DNA of 60,787 nt, the filler included, from Porpidia crustulata (lineage: Eukaryota): NCBI GenBank assembly GCA_964255105.1. It is 6 parts of 6 records of this genome, joined end to end, with 100 filler letters (N's around TTAATTAATTAA, not from the genome) between each part and the next. Parts side by side here need not be neighbours in the genome. Positions count along the whole stretch, not along the records: positions 1 to 10,057 come from CAXUWE010000842.1; positions 10,158 to 20,214 come from CAXUWE010000843.1; 4 more parts are not named here. One strand, given 5' to 3'. The notes under the pieces were generated by a model. That model worked only from the letters and a program-made list of their open reading frames with translations, ran no database searches and had not been told where the DNA came from. The translations under genes were made by a program, and so were the position numbers. Positions 1-13,400 of the stretch are shown one piece after another (the first letter of the stretch is position 1; each line of letters begins with the position of its first letter).

Positions 1-3000
1 GATACGGCCAGTGTAGAAGAGAGCCCAGACACAGTGGATGGGGTAGGCGCGGTAGTAGAGGGCAGGGCCGAAAGGGGTGGAGAGTGAAGGCATGTGGTCC
101 GCGGAGAGGGGCTGGTAATCGGGCCCAAGGGCATCTTCGAAGGTATCGAGGGCATTGCAGATCTCGGCCCACTCGGCTTCGGCGGCGCGAGTAGCTGCAG
201 CGAGTTCTTGGTCTTTGATGGGAGCCGAGGTAGGGATGTGGGCGCGGTGGCCGTCGTCGAAGCCGACAGGCATGCGGACCGGGCCCATGTCGGGCATCAT
301 GCCGTACATGGGGGTGTTGCCTGACATCGGGTTTTGAGGTGGTGGCATGTTTGAGCTGGGGGATGATGTCGGTGGTCTGCCTCTGGTTTCGGCTTGCTGA
401 GCTCTTTGCTGCCGATCCTTGAGTTCCGCTACCTTTCGTTTCCTTGGCTGGTCCTTTCCAGCAAAGTCGGCAATTCGACCCATGAGAAGAAGAAGATGAT
501 CCATAGTTCCGAATATTGCGTCCAATTTGCCTATTGGTGCTCTGGGAGGACAATGGCTCCACCGGTCATAAGACAAGCTGTCAAGAATTAGCGAGGTCGA
601 TTCTTCCTTGGTACTTCCGCAATGGTTTACTTACAGCAAACGATTGCCACTAACAATGCTTTGATACATGTCTTGCTTCGCGTACCACCAGAAGAGGTCG
701 CATTGCATCTCGAACGTCTGAATATCTTTCTCGTTGAGTGGTTTCATGTTTGTATGCACAGGCTCCTCGTGCTCCGAGACCTGACCGTAGTCATTGTACC
801 GAGTATCCCAGCCCATTATTGCGCTAATCAGATTCTCGTCAATCCTGTCCTCGTTTTCCAAAGATGGGTTGTTGAGACCATTCGCGGGCATATATGGCTG
901 TTGATAGCCGTACGCAAACCCATCGTAGAAGTTGTCTCTGCGACTGGCAGCTAATTGCTCCTTATGTGCTTTCATTCGCTTGGTCATGCCAGCAAAGTCA
1001 ACATCTGTAATCAACTGTCTTGCACCAGCCAGATGGCTGTTCCATTTGTTATGTTCCGCGGTTGTAACTTCATACCATCCAAGTAGTAATGTAGCAGCCA
1101 GAGTTGCCACATGATTCCTTTTTGAGGGCTGACTTATGGCTTTCGACACCCGTCGTAGGGCGTAATGGTAGTGCTTCAGAGAAGGGGTTGGGGAAGTGTG
1201 TTGGAGTTTGGCGATGTGTAAGCTCGCGATTGCCAACATAGCATGAAGTAGTCCCTGATGGGACAAAGCTAGCATCGGTAAAGAGTAGGTCCACAAAGAT
1301 CGTTGGAAGAGAGGGACCGGAGCGCCAGAGAACATTACAGAAGGGTTGTGAGGATGTCGCTCACAGCTGGAAAGGGTTGGAGCAGACGAAGTCACAAAGT
1401 GGCAGAAAAGCCGGGCAGTTTGAGGATCCATAAGTGGGGAGGCCGAGTACGTCGGGTGGTATGTTGCAAGTATGTTTGGTTCGTTTAGATAATTGGTCAG
1501 CGACCTGAAAGTCTTGTCGCCTTGGCCCGCTGACATGCTCAGCATGAGCCCCAGGTCGTGGGTTGGCGTGCTCGCAATAGGGCCATCTGTCGTAGTATCT
1601 GCATCAGATTCGACGTCGAAATCCTCATCATCTTCACGAGTATTAGCCCCAGTGTGAGGACCTTGTAAGAAATTGTTTTTAGCCGAAGCTGTGATATATC
1701 TACTGGTAGTAGGATCATGCGGATACAAATTAGGACGGCGAATTATATTAGCTGAGCTGGATCCTACAAATGATCCCGTCAGTAGGTGGACTGTTGTGTT
1801 TTGCACATTATTCACGACTACAGGAATTGAATACAAATTAACTACATCTAAAAACGGCTCGGTGCTTACCATTGCCCCTCAAGCCAGATAAATCGGTCTT
1901 TATGGTAGCGTCAGTCGGACCGAAATTGAGGAGCGTTCTGTCCGGTTCCTGGTATCCCTCGCTGTCTGGCGGTGGCAAAAAATTTGTATGCTCATGGTGA
2001 TGCCTAATTGGAGCAGCCGGCCAAGTGTTCTGCGTAGCGTGGTCAACCTGAGCGGCGAAGAAAGCTTGGATTTTTGGATCAGTCCAAAACTGTGGTGGAG
2101 CATCATTGACCATGGGGCTAATCATACTGGCAGGCAAGCTCATGTATCCAGCGGGTACGGTGGACGAGGAAGGCGAACTTTGTGACCAGTCGGATTGGAA
2201 CCCTTGAAAGTTCATGTCAATTCCACTATCGCTTTCGCCGGTGCTCTGATGCTGTTGAAAATAAGGGTGTGAGGGCGATTCCGCAAAATTTCCTGTTGGC
2301 ATATCCGTTTTGGGAGTCACAAGGCCTCCTTCAAATGAAGCGCCTTGCCGTGTGATTCGCGAACGCATCCGAGGAGGCATATCGCTGCTTGGATATAATT
2401 GACCGTCTGGAGTAAAGCCGGAGATTCCATAAGGAGGGGGCAGGCCTTGGCCCATCATCGCATTCATAGCTTGCATTGCAGCATGGTCATCGGGGTTTGC
2501 AGGACGTGGTGCGATGATTGTTAGGGGAACCTGGTTTCCAGGGCTGACTTCCTGTCGCCCAAATCGACTAGCATTTTCCCCTTGACTCGTCAAAGGGAAA
2601 TGCCCGGTGTGTCCTGGAGGGGCGACATTGCTGTGACGATATGAGACCTGGGGATCCTTGAAGATGACTCGCGGCGTATATCCCTCGCAGTTGCGTTTGG
2701 ACTTGACACAATTGCTGCAAGTCGGTCGTTCTTCTCCGCACTTTATCCTTCGTCTGCGACATGCTATCTCCGATCAGTATTGTAAGACTCTTAGTGCTCG
2801 ATACGTGAGGCTTACTAAGGCAGCCAGTCTTAGTTCTTTTGCGGGCCTTCGTAGAGCCTGAGGTCTTGCCAGATTCTGCTGTGTTTGATTTGTCCTTTGA
2901 AGCTCCATCGGCAGAGCCCTCCGTAGCAACGTTCATTTGTTCATCGCCAGAATCTCTGTCTGCTACCTCTGCGAACGTCGATTCCTCCTGGGCCTCCATT

Positions 3001-3047
3001 GTAGCCTGCACCTGCCCGATCACTATTCGTCCATCCATCACCGACAT
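1..3047 (-). CDS. Zn(II)2Cys6 fungal transcription factor with C-terminal fungal-specific TF domain (Fungal_trans_2-like); 3' end runs off the window
   Basis: Spliced model from ATG 3047 with GT-AG introns 2764-2815, 1818-1869 and 578-634, all restoring frame. Reads [38 protein letters not shown] (six-Cys binuclear cluster), then LLHAMLAIASLHIAKL...HYHYAL...LAATLLLGWYE...WNSHLAGA and DRWSHCPPRAPIG. The start codon could be one of several nearby ATGs. Confidence 0.92.
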
Positions 3048-4521
3048 GGTTCCCTTACTTTGATCCACCCAATGCTCCTCATTACTTGACAAAATCGTGG
3101 TGGGGGATAGATGTCGTAGGACGTATTATAGGGAGCAATATATCTTGTAGGGCGGTGGGGGCAATGACCTTGGACAACACCAGCTATAGAAACCGATAAC
3201 AGTCACAGACACAACTGATCTCGTAGCATTACAAGCTCTATTCCTTGGGGGCTGTTTTGGCGGNNNNNNNNNNGTTGTAGCCTGTATATGCATGTATCTT
3301 AGCCATAGCTGATAGCCCCAAAGGCGGCTGCAGATATCGAGCGAATAACGGCCATGGGTTGGTGGGGTCGTGATTGTCGAGGGAAAGAAAGTCGAAGTCA
3401 AGTAATCCGCAAATGCCCTCGAACATCACTGTTGTTTGATTGGCCAGGGAGCTTGGCCCTCTTGATCCAAAAGAAACCTTGTACCGTACGCACAGTACGC
3501 TACCCAAAGTACGCTACCCGGGGGGATGTATTTTGGGGTCGATATGCGGTCCTGCCAACAGTGCGCAATATCAATTAGAAAGATCCTACGTATTGCCTAT
3601 GCTGCTCCATTCCGATTGCGCATTCTCGGTCCCTCGTGTCACTCTGGCGTTGCTCAGTCCGTCTGCTGAAGAGACACGCACACACGATACATCCACACTT
3701 CATACCTGCACGTCAAAAGCAAGGTACCCAGATGGCCAGCTCCCGGGGAAAACGATAGCACAATATGCTCATGTGCTACAAGCTCCTAGCATACATGGTT
3801 CTAAATCTCTTTATCCCGACGCCCCTAAACGTGCAGCACACATCCAGCGAAAATGCTGTCGCTGTTCATCTGGGCCGGCCCCTCCCTTCGCGCATTTGGC
3901 GACCCTCCAATGATCTTGTCACCTTATAAGGATCAATTGCAGATCTCCTCCAGTGCAGGCCAAGCTTGTCTAATACCTTATCGGCGCTGTTAGTCGCGCC
4001 TACAGAACGACTGGCTCGTCTGATCATCCGATGGCCGTCTCATTATTAATTAAAGCTACACACAGATTGAGATACAGTCAATACTGCAGCATGCAGTATC
4101 GAGATACCTGAAAGCCCTCAATCATGGCGTGGTCCCCGGCGGTGGCTTCATCCTACTGCCAGGAAAATATCCGGGGTTCCCACTTAAGGTCGGCGAGTCA
4201 TGGGGAAGTCCGGAGTTCTCAACCACCTAAACCACATTGGATTTTACGGCCGTAGCATTCTGCTTGCAGCTTCTGCAGCTTTCTGCATCCCGTACTATTT
4301 GCGGAACCAGCTCGTACGCCGCCGACGTCGACTCACCGACGAGTGTTGATGATGGCACAATACCAGAATGCACTTTCCAGCGTTGCTCATACCTGTTCGT
4401 CAACTTATTACCTCGTGTCCATGCGTCCTAAGATTGATCGCGTGGAATCTCAGACTCGCATCGGCCTAATCTGGCAGTGGTCAAGTAATGAGGATGTTGT
4501 GGCGTGGGGTCGATGCGTTTC

Positions 4522-5800
4522 ATGGGTTCTGTTCAGGAATTGATTCACTGTATCGCCGGTTTTCTGCTGCAAATGCTAGTGATGCACTCCCCACGTGTGT
4601 TGCGATCAATGGTAGAAGTTGCCCAAGATGAAAGGATGGCAGTTCATGCAGATGGGAAATAGGTACCACTCACGGCCTTCCCGCCGGCGTCCGGTGGCTT
4701 TGCATACCACGAGGATCCGAGTGCTTTCAAGAACCGTTTAGTTCGACTGTCATGGCAACTATACGATGAAGTCGCTGCGACGCTGGCCAAGATAGTCCAT
4801 AGTAACGAGAGATTCCTCTGCTCTATTTGGACACCACACCCTCGGGACCATTCAAATTTTCTGTTTCACCTCGACTGGACAAGGCTTTCCTAGAGGTGCA
4901 AATTGCCATGGACATCATTGCATAGACTTGAAGCGTCGCCCCGGGATTACGTCCTAATCCCCGGTCCAGACCTTGCTGGCCGTTGCCCAGTCACTCACAT
5001 CACTCACCCCTTCATGTTTCTCTCCAGTACTACGGATGGTCAATACAACGAACAGAAGGTTTCACCTGAAATTTTTGGTCTTGGTGATCTTTTCAGCCTT
5101 ATGAGTAGGCTTTAGCCAGGCTATCGATTAGCACGTCAATTTATGGCTGAAGCCGGGTGCTTGACCTTAGTCTCAAGTCCAATGTGCAGCTCGAGAGTAT
5201 TGAAACTTTGATGACCCTGTATGCTCTGCTACCTCTGGCAAGACAGACATTAAAGGCGGTAGCTTCGTGATGTCCTATCATATTTCTACTGCATCTTTGG
5301 GGACAGGAAGTCAGCCTTACCTGAAAAGCTGAAATTGACGACAGCTTCCCAACGGCTATCGAAGACTTGAAGCACAACTGCAACTGCGGATTGGTCGTCC
5401 AGTTCCATGAATCACCAGCGATGGTATCTTGTTCCGCAAGAAAGGTAATCAGCCCCCGGATATGGTATCCTCTTCTCTGTCTTTGCCGTGTGTCGGATCT
5501 ACTACTATCCTACTTTTAACAAGGATTCCAGCCTATCTTACAACTTCCGTAGAAGTTGAAACGATGTAATAAGAAACAGTACAATAATGCCACTTCATCC
5601 ACAGCCGGCGAATGTGCCAGGCTGAATGTTCTGGACGTGGAGGTCGTGATCAGCCTTGCAGCCCTGTCCTCAGTGCGGTCTACAATTCTTGGACTACACG
5701 ATATCATAGGCTCTCTATCACTCAGCTCCTGCATACAGCCAGCAGGGGAAGCCTTCCGAGGCATTTTCTAGCCATTCAACTGGTGCGCGAGCGTCGTAAG
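4522..5800 (+). pseudogene. possible degraded F-box-like gene
   Basis: One frame from ATG 4522 to 5115 (MGSVQELIHCIAGFL...) is broken only by TAG at 4660 and 4891. Downstream frameshifted fragments (DDPVCSA, LVVQFHE/ITSDG, NFRR) loosely recall fungal F-box-associated proteins. Family call is from memory and the 3' boundary is approximate. Confidence 0.35.
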
Positions 5801-8800
5801 CTGGTTGATGCGTGAAGGACATGAGGGTAGCACAGACATCTTCTTCGCTGTTGAGGCTAGGAATCAGAACACCTAGTCTGAGACATAGAATGCCACTCCT
5901 TTTGTGTCCGCAGAAGCTCAGATGACATGCGTACTTCGAAAGCCAACCAGTCTACGACATCAGGGTTACTTGGCCCTACCTGAATCCGGTGACGCAAAGT
6001 GAAGAATATGAAACTTCGCCAATCAGAGGAGAACAAAGTGCATGATATCTCAGCCTTCCACTTTTTCCCTTTGGCTATCGGCAGGCGATACCCGAGATAA
6101 TACAGTAGCCTGCAAGCCGAATATCCAATACCATCAACAGCAAGTCGCGTTGCTTTTCCGATACCCTGGTACAGCAGTCAGTCCCATGGCCAAAGGAGCT
6201 GCTCAGTCCCTACTTCGAGTCTCCGTCCGGGAAACTTATCTTGCTGCTTTACATCCGGACTGAGCTTGTTCTTTGACTACCAGTTGATGGCCGCACTGAG
6301 ATATAAGCCTATGAAGATTTGGCTTTCTCATTCATCGCATGGACCCATTTCTGCCTTCCACCTCCAGTGTGATTTGGTCTGTCGTACGTAGTAAATATTC
6401 TACAGATACCTGCTCATTTGTATAACTCTTAACAATCGTTGTATTTCCTGGGCTAGCTACCGTACCACAACACGGGGTCGCTGGTTGGATCTGAGATGTC
6501 AGGCCATAGTAACGATTGTTCACAGCTTGGACTTACAATGACGTCGAAGAAGACGACGTACACATCATGCCATCCGCCGAGTCTGTTATAAAACACTATT
6601 CAGTTTCTGCTAGATATCAATCAACCGTGCAAAAAAGAGCGTAAAGTTTTCTTGTTCACTCAACGTGGACAAAGAATGGGGGCCAGACATCTCGGGACAA
6701 GTTCGGGGACAGCTATTGAATCTCACATGGAAAGAGTCAGGCTTCCTAGGTACACCGGGGAACGCTTTGAGAGCCTACGCTCCGTGAGAATCTTAAATGC
6801 AGAACAACAGAATAACAAAATCTCTCCAGATCATGCTGATTCGAGATCAAAGGACTACTTGCATTCGCATATTTGCACCCAATCAAGCAACCCAACCTCT
6901 ATGTATTCCGAGATGACTTGAGCTGTGCAAGCACAAGCAATTTTCTAAAGTCTAGCAAAGCGTACTCAAGACAAAAGCAGATCACAAAGAAGGAGGTGGG
7001 TTTTAACAACAAGACAAAACAATGCTGGACAAGAGCATTGACTAAAACAACGTGATAGATAGATGGAAGGGACACTCTTACTAAGTAGTGTAGCCAGTAT
7101 TACCCTCGTACAAAATCCAAATTTTTGCTGCATTCTTAGTCAAATACGCAATACTGACTCCATCGATATAGTAATTCAGCCAACCTGACTTCGTTGAGAT
7201 CACTTACAACACAATATCCCGAGCTACATTCTTATTACCAAAGCAGATCATGACAGTCATGTGAACGTTTATCGAAAACTAGGATCAAGTGGAATTGCAT
7301 CCGATCACATCCTAGGTTGGTTTGATAGGGATACTTGGAGGCAATACGATGTGAGGTTCAAGAACATAGGATCTGAACAAGGGCACACGAGAAACAGATG
7401 TTTAAATTTTGCTTCTTGTGCGGAGGTAAGGACGGAGCCTCTACCCAATAAGAAATTACCAAGATGCCACTCGTTCTCCTTTGCTGATTTTACAATATGA
7501 TAGCTGCATCTGTCTTATCATAAGAGTCTTGAAACAGCACTTAGCTTACCAGTCTTTCTTTTTTATTCGAAGGTTCGAAGGAGTAAGTGATTTTGGATCC
7601 ATGGCCTTCATGCTACGTCACAAGGACATTCGAGCTTGATCAAGAGCACGAGGCCGGCGTTCGAGATAACTATTTCGGTTCAGTATGGATATGTGACTCA
7701 AGCATATGATCTAGCATTATTAGCAGCTACTTATTCATGTTAATTCATATATCTTTACTCATCCGTGAAGAAATGGCTAAGGAATGACGAAAACTTCGCG
7801 AGTACATTTAATTCCAAGACGAACTGATTGGTCCCAACATCCTTTGCCGAACATTGATCGCTAACGGACTCCTTTGAAGGATATTCGACTTTAAAATAGG
7901 TACTTGGTACCTTTGACTAGTATGCGCGTATTTCTTTCATTATTGAGAGAATAGCACGTTGAAAGTCTTTATAGCACCAAATAGCAGCTCAGCCCTCTTC
8001 AATAGAATATCTTGCTCCGCATTAAAGCTCCATCTCTGTCTCCGCAATTCTGCCGCTCCTCTAAGCTTCATTCTGTCACTTCCACATTCCATTTCAACCA
8101 TACATGTGCTTGAACAAGAATTTACCAGAGGCTGCTCTACGATTCTTTAAGTGCAGAATGTATTTATCAGATGATCGTCAATAGTTTTCAATATCTGCAC
8201 GAACATTCAGCCAAGAGCGAGTTCATAAACGACTTCAAGTATCTTCGTCCAAGATAATCTATCCCATCAGTGCCTGAACAATAGTCGCTATCTCGACTCA
8301 CTGGATCTATAAGATTGATAAATATGCCGAGGCAGATGTTACGTTACAAAACACACAGCGGAAATTATAGTGAATCTATATATATATCTTCTTCCTTATA
8401 CTCGATCCCATGAACTTACTCTAAAACAAGATCAGGATTGCTCGAAGAAACTTGAATTGTACGCAGTCTGTTTGCCTTGTTCTGAAATGACTACCCCAGT
8501 GACCTTTCAGGAAACCCGATAGTTACAGCGCTTACCAAACATACCAGGAATTAGGCTTGAATAACCAATCAGGAAGTGCAACCTAGATCTTCACCCAACT
8601 CGCCAAATGCTGGACAGTCCTTCAAACTGAATCTAACAGCGTTATGAAATATTTTGATTCAGGAAACAAGGCAGGATATCTTCTCTTCTGCACCCTCATT
8701 GCTTCTAACCTTCAAGGTAGGGAAGGACAGCTATTACTTACCAGACCATCCATATCGTGTGGCTGCACAGCCTGTACCTGGGAAGGGACGGTCCTCGAAT

Positions 8801-9487
8801 TTACGGTGCCCTTCAACAGCGGCAGGACCATAGGCTCTGCCATGCCTCGAGTACACGCATCGGTTCTGGAGTGTAAATTTTGTCAGTGCGGATAAAATCA
8901 ATTACTCACGACTTTGCCCCAGCAACATCCCGTCAGCAAGATTTCAAATTCTGGACTACAAAATAGAGATTCTATTACAGCTGTTGCTTCATATCGATGC
9001 ATGGGTCGTGATCTTTTGTCATTTATGTCGCTATGAAAGATATCAAGTCGTACAAATCATCACTTCTGACATCAGGATATCCCGAGAAGCCCACCAGGAT
9101 TCGAGATACTAAAGAAATATTCTTGTTGAGAGATCACATTCCAGCGTAAATATATGAGTGAGGTTGCAAACATTTCTACACTTTGGAGAGTTCATTGATA
9201 CATAGTATATGGACGTGGAGCCCCCGAGATTTCGGATCTCTGCTATCTACAAGAGACGAGGAGTCTTTTATTTATCGGTCATGCAGACCGTGACCGATTT
9301 GAGACGCGGTGTCCCTTAGACCGAAGAGCATGTTCGGATTTACGAGCAAGAGCTAATACTACTACTGAATCGACTGATCGTAATTAGTTTCGCAAGAATA
9401 ATTTCTACAGGTCCGACCAATTCACCATATGTGGTGATTGATGCAGGGGTTTGGATGAAAGGCCACGTATTCCTTGCTCATGACTGA

Positions 9488-9650
9488 TACCCGAACTCAT
9501 ACTACTTCCTAACGGAACACTTCCTACCTCGGATACATTGGGCAAAACTGGAATTTTCTTTTTCCAAGCTGTCCTTGTTTATGTCCAAGGTCAAAGCTCT
9601 AGGACATAACCATGAAACTAACAAAAAAATCTCCATCAAGGAGCAACTCA
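9488..9650 (+). mobile_element. relic fragment resembling Ty3/Gypsy retrotransposon reverse transcriptase (region downstream of YxDD)
   Basis: Translates YFLTEHFLPRIHWAKLEFSFSKLSLFMSKVKALGHNH, which matches my recollection of the FLxxHFxPRIxWAxLxxSFxKLxLFMxxxKALGxxH pattern in fungal Gypsy pol. No YxDD or LTR is visible; context is AT-rich and ORF-poor. Confidence 0.5.
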
Positions 9651-10057
9651 ATAAGAGGAAGACGTCAAAAGAGAATCACATGACACAGCTACGTCGTTAA
9701 TTAAGTACTTCGACATTATAATTCTCGACGAGATTTACAAGATTGAAACTTTTAACACAGACACCAGTCTATTCTTCATCATTCTTCAGACTGCTTATTG
9801 TTTTTCTTTTAATTACATTTTCTCTGTTCCAGAATTGACAGCTTTCAACATCACTGTTTGTGCTTTTTTGATTCAGTTTCTTCGGGCACTGAACTGCGAT
9901 CGTACTCTGCAGGAAGCGATACAGATGGCACAGAAACTTACTTTCGATGAAGCAATCTTCTATCAACTTTCGAAAGAAAGATTCGTAGATGAATTGGAAT
10001 ACAAAGTGTTACGATCAGACCTTCCCCAACATCCCCAGCAGCACACCGGATCAAGGT

Positions 10058-10157
10058 NNNNNNNNNNNNNNNNNNNNNNNNNNNNNNNNNNNNNNNNNNN
10101 NTTAATTAATTAANNNNNNNNNNNNNNNNNNNNNNNNNNNNNNNNNNNNNNNNNNNN
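10058..10157. other. artificial contig-joining pad (N44-TTAATTAATTAA-N44)
   Basis: 100-bp pad with stop codons in all six frames; identical pads recur every ~10.1 kb. Confidence 0.97.
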
Positions 10158-10242
10158 GTCCGAAAACAGTACCTAGGGTTAGGGCTAAAATATTGAGCCC
10201 TAACCCTAGGTGCTGTTTTCGGACTGGGGTGAATACGAGTAG
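10158..10242. mobile_element. MITE-like palindromic element with telomere-type repeats (copy 1, left end cut by contig edge)
   Basis: 29-bp inverted arms 10158-10186 and 10196-10224 (1 mismatch) containing CCTAGGGTTAGGG / CCCTAACCCTAGG. Followed by GGGGTGAATACGAG-TA-G, the same terminal motif as the element at 23783-23898. Confidence 0.75.
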
Positions 10243-10485
10243 GTGAATTGAAAAGCGAATTGCGCAGCGCGATAGACTCATAATACGTATCTTGATAGAA
10301 TACTACAATGAGTTTTGTGAAAGGCGTCATACCTACCCGGTTCATAATCACGTGCGTGGATCTAGCTGATGAGCCGCTATTTGCCGCGCGTAGCGAGATT
10401 TGCGCCTTTGACGTTCGCCGAGCATTATAGTGGGAACACCATCGTGAAGCAGTGGGACAGCTGGGCGGCGTACATTTCATCGAGT

Positions 10486-13400
10486 ATGCGGTCTTGGGCG
10501 TGGCTAGTATCACTGCTACTTTGCTTCATCCGACCGTCATCAGTCTCTGCAGTCTTTGCAGACGAAGCTTATCAGACCGACTACCACCACCCGCTTCTCG
10601 GATCTCCCCAAGCTCACACGACATTCTTTCACCGCCCTTCGGCTGCTTCGAAGGCTTCACTTCTCTACACACTGTCAGAAAAGCATGTACTCGGCGCTGT
10701 TAATCCCAAAGATGGTACGATAGTATGGAGACAGCTTTTAGCGGACCAAAGAAGTAATGTCACAGCTCTGGGTTTCTTAAGAGCAGGGCAAGGTCAAGAC
10801 ACAGTTGTCAGTGCTGTCGAGAATGATATTCAGGCTTGGGATGCCGCAGATGGAAGGCTAGTTTGGGCATGGACGGGACTGGGGCAGACCAAGGGGTTAG
10901 AGGTCTTCGAGGCGCAAGATGGCGGCATGGATATCCTACAGCTCTGTGAAGAGGAGGGCGGCTTTGGGGTAATCAGGAAGCTTGCAGCCGCCACTGGGGA
11001 GGTCATATGGGAGCACAGAGATGCAAGGTATGCTGATCATCTGACTGGCCGTTCTCTTGACTTGGGACAAAGCTCATAATTCACAGCGGAGATGTACCAT
11101 TTGGACTTTCATCGTCTGCAAAAAGTTTATACTACGTTTCTCTACACTCCGCATTACTGAAAGGATATAAGATCAAAAGTACGGAATTGGACCCAGCGAC
11201 TGGAAAGCAGACTAGCCAAAACACTCTAAGCTCAGACAGCGAAGTCATCTCGGAGCATTCTATCTTATCAATGAGTGCCAAATCTGTTTCACCGTTACTT
11301 GTGTGGACGGATAAGGGATTCAAAGTCTTGAAGATCAACGTGATTGGTACGAAGCATGTGTCAAGTGTCAATATTGCCCACAGTACCGACCACCCAATTG
11401 ATAAGATCATTGTCCATCTTCCACAGACCACAGATGCGCCAGCTCATTTCCTTGTGCATTATCAGACGGCGGACTCACACTGGGCAGAGGTGTACCATGT
11501 TAGCCCAGCTTCGGGCAGTGTCAAAAAGGCCTATGATCTACCGCAGATTGGAGGGCTTGGAGCCTTTTCAACAAGTACCCAAGGGAAGACTGTCTACTTT
11601 ACCCGGAATACAGACTTCGAGGTTACTTTGGTCTCGTCTGATTCGAGTGATGTCCTTGGCCAGTGGGCCGTGCGTCCAAAGAGCCACGGTGGACTAAGCG
11701 ATCCGCAAGGAGTTTCACATGCTGTTTCCGAGGTTGTGTCCAGAGGAGCGTCGAATTTCGCAGTCAGGTCCGCTTTGACTTTGCCTTCCGGCGACTGGGA
11801 GCTTGTTCGAAATGGAGACCCCGTGTGGGTCAGACCCGAATCACTTGCCGGAGTTATTGCAGCTGCATGGGTTGAGTTATTTGTAGAGGAGGACCTAGCT
11901 CAAGAGCTTGCAGCAGAAGGCCACATTGGCGTCGTAGCAGCATACGTCCATCGAGTGAAACGTCATGTACGAGATCTGCAGTACTTTCCAGCGTGGATAC
12001 AAGCTTTACCGAGCCGCCTGATCCGCGGCTTTCTTAGTGACGAGGCTCAAACACAGGATCAGGACCTGCACCGTGATGCTTTCGGGTTTCGTAAGATTGT
12101 CATTATAGCAATTGACAATGGCCGTCTCGCCGCATTCGATACTGGTGGGCAAGGGAGGCTGATTTGGAACACCAAAGCCGTCGATATCAAGGAAGGCCAT
12201 AAGTGGGAAGTCGTGGGCATTGACGTAGAAGACCATACTGCACTTGTACGGAGCGTTCGAGGAGAATTTCTGCGTGTAGAGACATTGACAGGTAATGTTT
12301 TGACGCATCAGCCGGGAGGCATAATTGCCTCCATGAAAACATCCGTCTCTATAACAGATATATCTGGAAAAAAGGTACTCTTACCTGTCAATAATGATGG
12401 ATCACTTGGAGACATCCCAAGCGGTAAACATGTTGCCAGCACAGTCATAGTCACAAGTGGCCAGGACGGTGTTGTCAGAGGTTGGATGCTTGGCGATAGC
12501 GGTAAGCCAGGCATGGTATGGGAATTTGTGCCACTCGACGGAGAGAAGGTACTAAGCACGAGCGCTCGACCACCTCACGACCCTGTGGCTTCGATAGGAA
12601 AGGCCCTTGGGGACCGAAACGTCTTGTACAAATTCTTAAACCTAAATCTCTTGCTTATAACCACTGCCGGAATCGAGAAATCAACAGCGACGTTCCACCT
12701 GCTAGACTCAGCTTCTGGCGAAATTCTCTACGCCATCACGCACTCCGGTGTCGACACTAGGCAGCCGATAGCAACCATTCTCTCCGAGAATTGGTTCGCA
12801 TATTCCATGTTTTCCGATTCAGCAGCCTCCGCCAGAGGGGCTGCCGCAACTTCCGACGGCAAAGGCTATCGCCTTGTCGTATCCGAGCTTTACGAATCCC
12901 CAATACCAAACGACCGCGGCCCCCTCGGTTCCTCGCAAAAGTATTCCAGCATCTACCCTTCCTCGGCGGAAAACGGCGCCACGATCGGTACACCCCACGT
13001 CCTATCCCAAATCTACATCATCCCCACCTCCATCTCCCACATGTCCCTCACCTCCACCCTTCAAGGCATCACCGGCCGCTCGCTCCTCTGCTTCCTTCCA
13101 TCGCTAGACGCCTTGGTCTCGATCCCCCGCTTCATGATCGATCCCCGGCGACCCGTCAACCGAGACCCCACCCCCGCCGAGCTCGAGGAAGGCCTGTTCA
13201 AGCACAGTCCCGTGTTGGACTTTGATCCCAAGTGGATCGTCAGCCACAAGAGAGATCTCTTGAGCATCACCGACGTCGTCACGAGCCCGTCGCTCCTCGA
13301 AAGCACGAGCTTGGTCTTTGCCTTTGGCGCCGTCGATATTTTCGGGACCAGGGTGTCGCCGATTGGCGCGTTCGATATGTTGGGCAAGGGGTTCAGCAAG

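Noticed and set aside
3264..3273. 10-N run (also at 47566-47575)
   Set aside because: Ordinary small intra-scaffold gaps.
10171..10210. TTAGGG/CCCTAA motifs as a true telomere or telomerase RNA template
   Set aside because: Only about two units per arm, arranged as an inverted repeat inside a TIR-bounded element that recurs internally at 23783.
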